A stretch of 63,949 nt of DNA, filler included, from Conidiobolus incongruus B7586 (Eukaryota): assembly GCA_000697335.1 (NCBI GenBank). It is 6 parts of 6 records of this genome, joined end to end, with 100 filler letters (N's around TTAATTAATTAA, not from the genome) between each part and the next. Parts side by side here need not be neighbours in the genome. Positions count along the whole stretch, not along the records: positions 57,489 to 59,940 come from JNEM01006028.1; positions 60,041 to 62,511 come from JNEM01006029.1; positions 62,612 to 63,949 come from JNEM01006049.1; 3 more parts are not named here. One strand, 5' to 3'. Positions within the stretch are counted from its first letter, which is position 1. The number at the start of each line of letters is the position of its first letter. Below the pieces are notes generated by a model. That model did not search any database. It was not told the DNA's origin and saw only the letters and a program-made list of their open reading frames with translations. Positions 57,489 to 63,949 of this stretch are shown here, one piece after another. Position numbers and translations under genes: made by a program.

Positions 57489-59940
57489 GAATCTGGAATC
57501 TGAAATCAGAGTTACTGGAGTCATAGGAGGAACAAGATATGGAGTTCATTACTTCTCCAACAAGGAATTCTCTCCAATAAAAGTATTTCTCACTCCATGC
57601 ATAACCATATCCAGCACTCGGTCTCACTTTGATACCAAATCGATAAGCATATTCAATTGGCACAGAACTCTTGGCTCCAGGAGCGATGGTAGTGACTCCG
57701 GAAACTCGAGAGCCTTTAGAATCGACTACAATCAATTCCACTGGAAGAACAGTAGCGTTGTGAACCATTAGAGAAGAACGGAAAGTGACTATCTTAGTAT
57801 GATCTTGAAGTTGTACATCACAAATCATTTTATGGAAGACATCATTAATACTTGGTGTTAAAATATGGACGGATTCACCAGCTCGATCAACTGGGATATT
57901 CATTAATCTTTGCCATTCAGCATTTTCGAATTGGATACATAGACGATGTTTTGATTGTACAACACTTTCACGAGTCTTACGCCAATCATCGAATCTCCAA
58001 GGTAAATCATCGCCATCTTCAAGCTTATGTATTTTAATATCATGATGATCGTTTGAGCCTTCAACCCATATGTGAATGGGATATCCCGTTCGATTCTTAA
58101 TAATATATGGAACATGAACACCTCGAGGATTGGTTAATGGGTTCTTGATGCTCAATTCTTCTAACAAACTCATTGACGATTCAATAACAGTTGGAGTGAT
58201 GTTCAAGTCAAACTGTCTTTTCGACTGAACTTCGATTTTCAATGGTTGCTCTCTTCCACTAGTGACAAGGAGTCCAAAAGACCAAGGTTCCACTAATGGC
58301 TCCCAGTTGGAATTGTTCAAATTGAAGTAATTTGCTTTAATGGGAATTTGTGTTTCAGCCTTTAGAGAATGAGACCAATCGGTAACGTTGATATTAAAGC
58401 TAGATGCATTGATATCTAGAATTGGCATATCGAATGCATCACGAATTAGAATCACCTGTAATCCTTGTATGGTAATTTGTAATGTTTCTCGTGATAATAA
58501 TTGGTAGTAGGTATTTGATTTTGAATTGTACATATACGATTCCGTATTCTTGGCTAGAGTGGCTACATCAGTGTTAGTACTGCTTTCTGTATCTGTATTT
58601 CCCAAAAGTTGCGAAAATCGATTAACTACATCAGTAATAAGCATTACATCTCGGTAGGACAATCTAAGAATGAGTGGCTTCACGTTGACACCAATACTGG
58701 TTAAATGATGTCCAGGCTTTGTGATACGGTCGTCAATAACCACATTTAGATCAAAATCTTCAATGAATTTTAGAGCAGTTTGCTCCCTAGCATTCATTTG
58801 ACATAAACTCATGCTAATATGATCTACAGAGAGATTCAATACGTTCTCCTGATGAATTAATATTTGTCCAACTCCAAGTACAATTGCTTCAGATGATGGA
58901 TCTTTAAGATCGGCCAATACAATAATTTGAGAATCAATAACATTGATTCGATATTGGAGTGGGTATTCAGAGTCCTCATCATTAGTTGAGGATTGCGCTT
59001 GGTTAGTAACAGTATTAGGGGATTTAGAATTGGAGGCTTGTGATTTAGGGTCATCCGCATTAAAAGGACTAAGAACAAATTCTTTGATTGCAAACATAAA
59101 GTCAATTGCCAATACAATCACAGGACTGTCTACAGTGACGTTAATGAAAGAAGAGGTTTGTGGAGCAGTCTTCATATGTGCCATGAATTGGGGCCCTTCA
59201 TGAGTAATAGCAGGAATGATTTCTCTGAATGAATAATCATGATCAGTTCTAGTGTCTTGTACAATGAAACTATGGATAGAGGCTTCCATCTCGCTTCGAT
59301 TATGACTTGTCATCATATATTTAACCAGAGTTTTGTTTAATGAGAACAAAACCAGACGAGATTCGTGAAGTTTCCTTGGTTGGATTTCCTCTCCGTCAAA
59401 TAATTCAAGTAGAATTTTATCTACTTTGAACTCGATATCAAGAGTAGTCCAGAATTCTTGATCATCGTCGCTTTGAGCAATTTGGTTTGATGATCCTTGT
59501 TGAATTTGATTGTGCATATCTTGGGAATCACCAGTAACAGGTAAACTAGAAACGTCATGATGAATATCTTCCTGTATATCATTTGATTCACCACTAGAGC
59601 CAAAAGCTGAGGAGATAGATTCGAGAATAAGCATAATGAACTGATATTGTTTTCTAGTGAGATTCATCACAACATCTGATACAACACAAGTTATTTCCAT
59701 ATCTGGTCTAGCACTTCCTGATGTATGTTCACATGAAGTCATCTCAATACGAATGTCGACATCATCAATAATTTGTAGAGACTGTCTAAACTCGGGGAAA
59801 TAAATTAAAGATGTAAGTCGAATGCTCGTAATATCTAATATCATATGATTTAGGAATCTACGTGGATCTTTTGACTGAGAATCCTTTAGAAACGAATTGT
59901 TTAAAGTGATTTCTCCTAAGTTGGCTACAAGTGTGTCTTT
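57489..59940 (-). CDS. VPS13: Vps13 lipid-transfer protein, internal fragment (copy A)
   Basis: Open across the whole contig: DTLVANLGEI, ANYFNLNNSNWEPLVEPW, PYIIKNRTGYPI, LPWRFDDWRKTRE, KIVTFRS. Confidence 0.93.
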
Positions 59941-60040
59941 NNNNNNNNNNNNNNNNNNNNNNNNNNNNNNNNNNNNNNNNNNNNTTAATTAATTAANNNN
60001 NNNNNNNNNNNNNNNNNNNNNNNNNNNNNNNNNNNNNNNN
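59941..60040. other. Artificial contig linker
   Basis: N44-TTAATTAATTAA-N44. Confidence 0.99.
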
Positions 60041-62511
60041 AATCTCGTCTGGTTTTGTTCTCATTAAACAAAACTCTGGTTAAATATATGATGACAAGTC
60101 ATAATCGAAGCGAGATGGAAGCTTCTATCCATAGTTTTATTGTACAAGACACTAGAACTGATCATGATTATTCATTCAGAGAAATCATTCCTGCTATTAC
60201 TCATGAAGGGCCCCAATTCATGGCACATATGAAGACTGCTCCACAAACCTCTTCTTTTATTAACGTCACTGTAGACAGTCCTGTGATTGTATTGGCAATT
60301 GACTTTATGTTTGCAATCAAAGAATTTGTTCTTAGTCCTTTTAATGCGGATGACCCTAAATCACAAGCCTCCAATTCTAAATCTCCTAATACTGCTACTA
60401 ACCAAGCGCAATCCTCAACTAATGATGAGGACTCTGAATACTCACTCCAATATCGAATCAATGTTATTGATTCTCAAATTATTGTATTAGCCGATCTTAA
60501 AGACCCATCATCTGAAGCAATCGTGCTTGGAATTGGACAAATATTAATTCATCAAGAAAACGTATTGAATCTCTCTGTAGATCATATCAGCATGAGTTTA
60601 TGTCAAATGAATGCTAGGGAGCAAACTGCTCTAAAATTCATTGAAGATTTTGATCTAAATGTTGTTATTGACGACCGTATCACAAAGCCTGGACATCATT
60701 TAACCAGTATTGGTGTCAACGTGAAGCCACTCATCCTTAGATTGTCCTACCGAGATGTAATGCTTATCACTGATGTAGTTAATCGATTTTCGCAACTTTT
60801 GGGAAATACAGATACAGAAAGCAGTGCTAACACTGATGTAGCCACTCTAGCCAAGAATACGGAATCGTATATGTATAATTCAAAATCAAATACCTACTAC
60901 CAATTATTATCACGTGAAACATTACAAATTACCATACAAGGATTACAGGTGATTCTAATTCGTGATGCATTCGATATGCCAATTCTAGATATCAATGCAT
61001 CAAGCTTTAATATCAACGTTACCGATTGGTCGCATTCTTTAAAGGCTGAAACGCAAATTCCCATTAAAGCAAATTACTTCAATTTGAACAATTCTAATTG
61101 GGAGCCATTAGTTGAACCTTGGTCTTTTGGACTCCTTGTCACCAGTGGAAGAGAGCAGCCATTGAAAATCGAAGTTCAGTCGAAAAGACAGTTTGACTTG
61201 AACATCACTCCAACTGTTATTGAATCTTCAATGAGTTTGTTAGAAGAATTGAGCATCAAGAACCCATTAACCAATCCTCGAGGTGTTCATGTTCCATATA
61301 TTATTAAGAATCGAACGGGATATCCCATTCATATATGGGTTGAAGGCTCAAACGATCATCATGATATTAAAATACATAAGCTTGAAGATGGTGATGATTT
61401 ACCTTGGAGATTCGATGATTGGCGCAAGACTCGTGAAAGTGTTGTACAATCAAAACATCGTCTATGTATCCAATTCGAAAATGCTGAATGGCAAAGATTA
61501 ATGAATATCCCAGTTGATCGAGCTGGTGAATCCGTTCATATTTTAACACCAAGTATTAATGATGTTTTCCATAAAATGATTTGTGATGTACAACTTCAAG
61601 ATCATACTAAGATAGTCACTTTCCGTTCTTCTCTAATGGTTCACAACGCTACTGTTCTTCCAGTGGAATTGATTGTAGTCGATTCTAAAGGCTCTCGAGT
61701 TTCCGGAGTCACTACCATCGCTCCTGGGGCCAAGAGTTCTGTGCCAATTGAATATGCTTATCGATTTGGTATCAAAGTGAGACCGAGTGCTGGATATGGT
61801 TATGCATGGAGTGAGAAATACTTTTATTGGAGAGAATTCCTCGTTGGAGAAGTAATGAACTCCATATCTTGTTCCTCCTATGACTCCAGTAACTCTGATT
61901 TCAGATTCCAGATTCATGGTCAATTCCATGTTTCTAACCCTATTGTTGCCAACTACCCATTTATCACCTTTAAACTAAGCGCTCCAATTGAAATCGAAAA
62001 TCTTTTACCTTTCGATATCAAATACCGTATTCAAGATAAATCTGGAGGGCCTGAATGGTCAAGTAGTCTTGAAAAAGGGGCTCTGGCTCCTATCCATGTA
62101 ATTGACTCTAGTCATCTTTTGTTATTAACTCTTCAAATCAGTAACACTGATTACCGTACAAGCGAATTGGTCGCTATTCATTCTCCAGACTCCAATGGCC
62201 CTGTTCCAGCAGACCAGATTACTCTACTAGATTCAAATGGCCTTCAACTTACTTTAAATCTCCATTACACTACAATTCCAGAATCTGGAGGCGCATTCAA
62301 ACTTAGTATATATTGTCCTTATGTTATTTTGAATAAGACGGGTATGGATATCTGCTTTAAAACACAGTCGATCATTAGAACAAGTAAAGTTGTTTCTGAT
62401 CAACAAAATCAATATCAACCCTCAAAAGTTCAGCCTTTCTTATTTTCTTATGGATCTGGAGAATCTCGTAAACGTGCTATGGTAAAGATCGGCACTGCTG
62501 ATTGGAGTGGT
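60041..62511 (+). CDS. VPS13: Vps13 internal fragment (copy B, extends further into the VAB/SHR-binding repeats)
   Basis: Nearly identical to copy A over ~1.9 kb. Continues APIEIENLLPFDIKYRI...LSIYCPYVILNKTG. Confidence 0.93.
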
Positions 62512-62611
62512 NNNNNNNNNNNNNNNNNNNNNNNNNNNNNNNNNNNNNNNNNNNNTTAATTAATTAANNNNNNNNNNNNNNNNNNNNNNNNNNNNNNNNN
62601 NNNNNNNNNNN
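62512..62611. other. Artificial contig linker
   Basis: N44-TTAATTAATTAA-N44. Confidence 0.99.
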
Positions 62612-63505
62612 AAATTATTTTAATTGATGAATTTTATATTTTTATATAATCCTTTATTAAAATATAAATAAAAATATTAAATTAAATTAAATTATCTTAT
62701 TTGATAGATTTTTGAAATAAATATCATATTCATAAATAATATTTATTTTTATAAGAGAATATTTTTTATATATCATTCCTAATTAATATTTGAAAAAAAA
62801 TATTTTAATAATAAACTTTATTTGTTTTTTAATCAAAATATTTTTAGTTAATATTTTTAATATAATCTAAAAACTACTATTTTCTATATTTATTATAATA
62901 TAGAAAGTTTATATTAAAGTTATAAAGAATATACAAATTAAAAATAATTAAAAAAAATAATTATATTAAATATATTTTTTAAAATTTAAACTATGAAATT
63001 ATAATTATTTTAAGTAATTAATATTTATCAAGAAAAATTTCTATATGAATATTAAAATTTATTTATTTAATATAATTTTTTAAATATCAGCAGTATATTA
63101 AAAATATGTTAAAAAGTTACTGATAACATAAAAATGTATTGTTTTTATATTATAAATTTATTTTTATATATTATATTTTAATTGTTAATTTTTTTTCAAT
63201 CATAAAAAATCACCATTATTTTAATTAAAATATAATACTTTTAATAATATTATATTTTAAAATCATTGATCTTAATATTTCAAATATTTTTTAGAAATTA
63301 AAATATTACAACTTATTTAAATATAAATATTTATTCTAATAAAATTTAATTTCAGAAGAATATATTCAATTTTGATAAATATCTATATTATTTATTCGAT
63401 ATCAATTAATAAATAGTAAACCAGTGAATATATAATTAAAAAATATAAAGAAATCTGTTTTACATTGTTTTTTTATATTTAATATTGATCTTTATATTTA
63501 TTATT

Positions 63506-63949
63506 TGTCATAGATCAGATCACTTTGTCATCATCGTGACACTGTCAATCATATCTGCTTACCTTATCTTATCTCTTTTATCTACTTGATCTTATCTTGT
63601 CTAATTTTACCTCTGAACCCTCACCAACTTTTACATATAAAAATGGGAACCATTGCCAAATAAACAAGGACTTTTTCCCACACTGTTCACATTGAAACAA
63701 CTTGTATACATTGCCCTATTATATGGTAGCAGCGAACACTTGATCCTCACACCGACGCTGAAAACATCAAGAACTTGAATCACCTTGAATTTAATTGCCT
63801 GCCAATATTTTAACTAACCAAAATCAATTTCCTCAACTTGATACCCGCGTATATGCATAATACGTCAGCCATGGACATTGACGACGATAATGTCGTTCAA
63901 TCAACTAGCAGTCAACACGAAACCCCAATACAGAAACTGTTTCGCGAAA
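63506..63949 (+). mobile_element. 5' end of an LTR retrotransposon: LTR ~63506-63723, PBS 63724-63735, putative gag start 63853
   Basis: The LTR begins TGTCATAG and ends CTATTATA (imperfect inverted termini) and contains TATAAAA and AATAAA. It is immediately followed by TGGTAGCAGCGA, complementary to the tRNA-iMet 3' end plus CCA. ORF MHNTSAMDIDDDN... is open to the window end. Confidence 0.75.
63724..63735 (+). promoter_or_regulatory. Primer-binding site for initiator tRNA-Met
   Basis: 12/12 match to the reverse complement of TCGCTGCTA(CCA) from the tRNA at 51195-51266. Confidence 0.8.

Noticed and set aside
57489..62511. Large inverted repeat or hairpin of VPS13
   Set aside because: The two arms lie on separate contigs joined by a linker, so their relative orientation is arbitrary.
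28416..62511. Functional clustering of SPO71 with its partner VPS13, or of AlaRS with ArgRS
   Set aside because: The genes are separated by artificial linkers, so no physical linkage can be claimed.
19916..62611. Five copies of TTAATTAATTAA inside N runs as a biological repeat or CRISPR-like array
   Set aside because: They are identical 100-bp artificial linkers with stops in all six frames. No CRISPR array is present in the window.

Overview
AT-rich eukaryotic nuclear DNA from a fungus. The short ~50-60 nt GT-AG introns and the gene content suggest an early-diverging, zygomycete-type lineage, but that assignment is inference. The window is six contigs joined by five artificial 100-bp linkers (N44-TTAATTAATTAA-N44), so adjacency across linkers is not biological. 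Protein genes: SLT11/ECM2 (partial), TOM6, SEC61, a conserved hypothetical, FCF2, a bacterial-type mitochondrial AlaRS, BRE1, ArgRS (3' end), HSP10, SPO71/Mug56-like, TOR, MZM1, a divergent cyclophilin, DNA ligase I, a GCNA/SprT-like protease, a plant-ELM1-like protein, beta-tubulin (3' end) and two overlapping near-identical VPS13 fragments. There are three tRNA genes, a TDG/Mug glycosylase pseudogene, a full-length 1.3-kb mariner relic with CpA/TpG->TpA decay, and the 5' end of an LTR retrotransposon whose PBS matches the initiator tRNA-Met in this window. The most unusual items are an intronless gene of more than 1800 codons made entirely of about 18 diverged ~104-aa helical repeats that I cannot assign to a family, and a position- and strand-constrained TCCCATA promoter motif shared by many genes.
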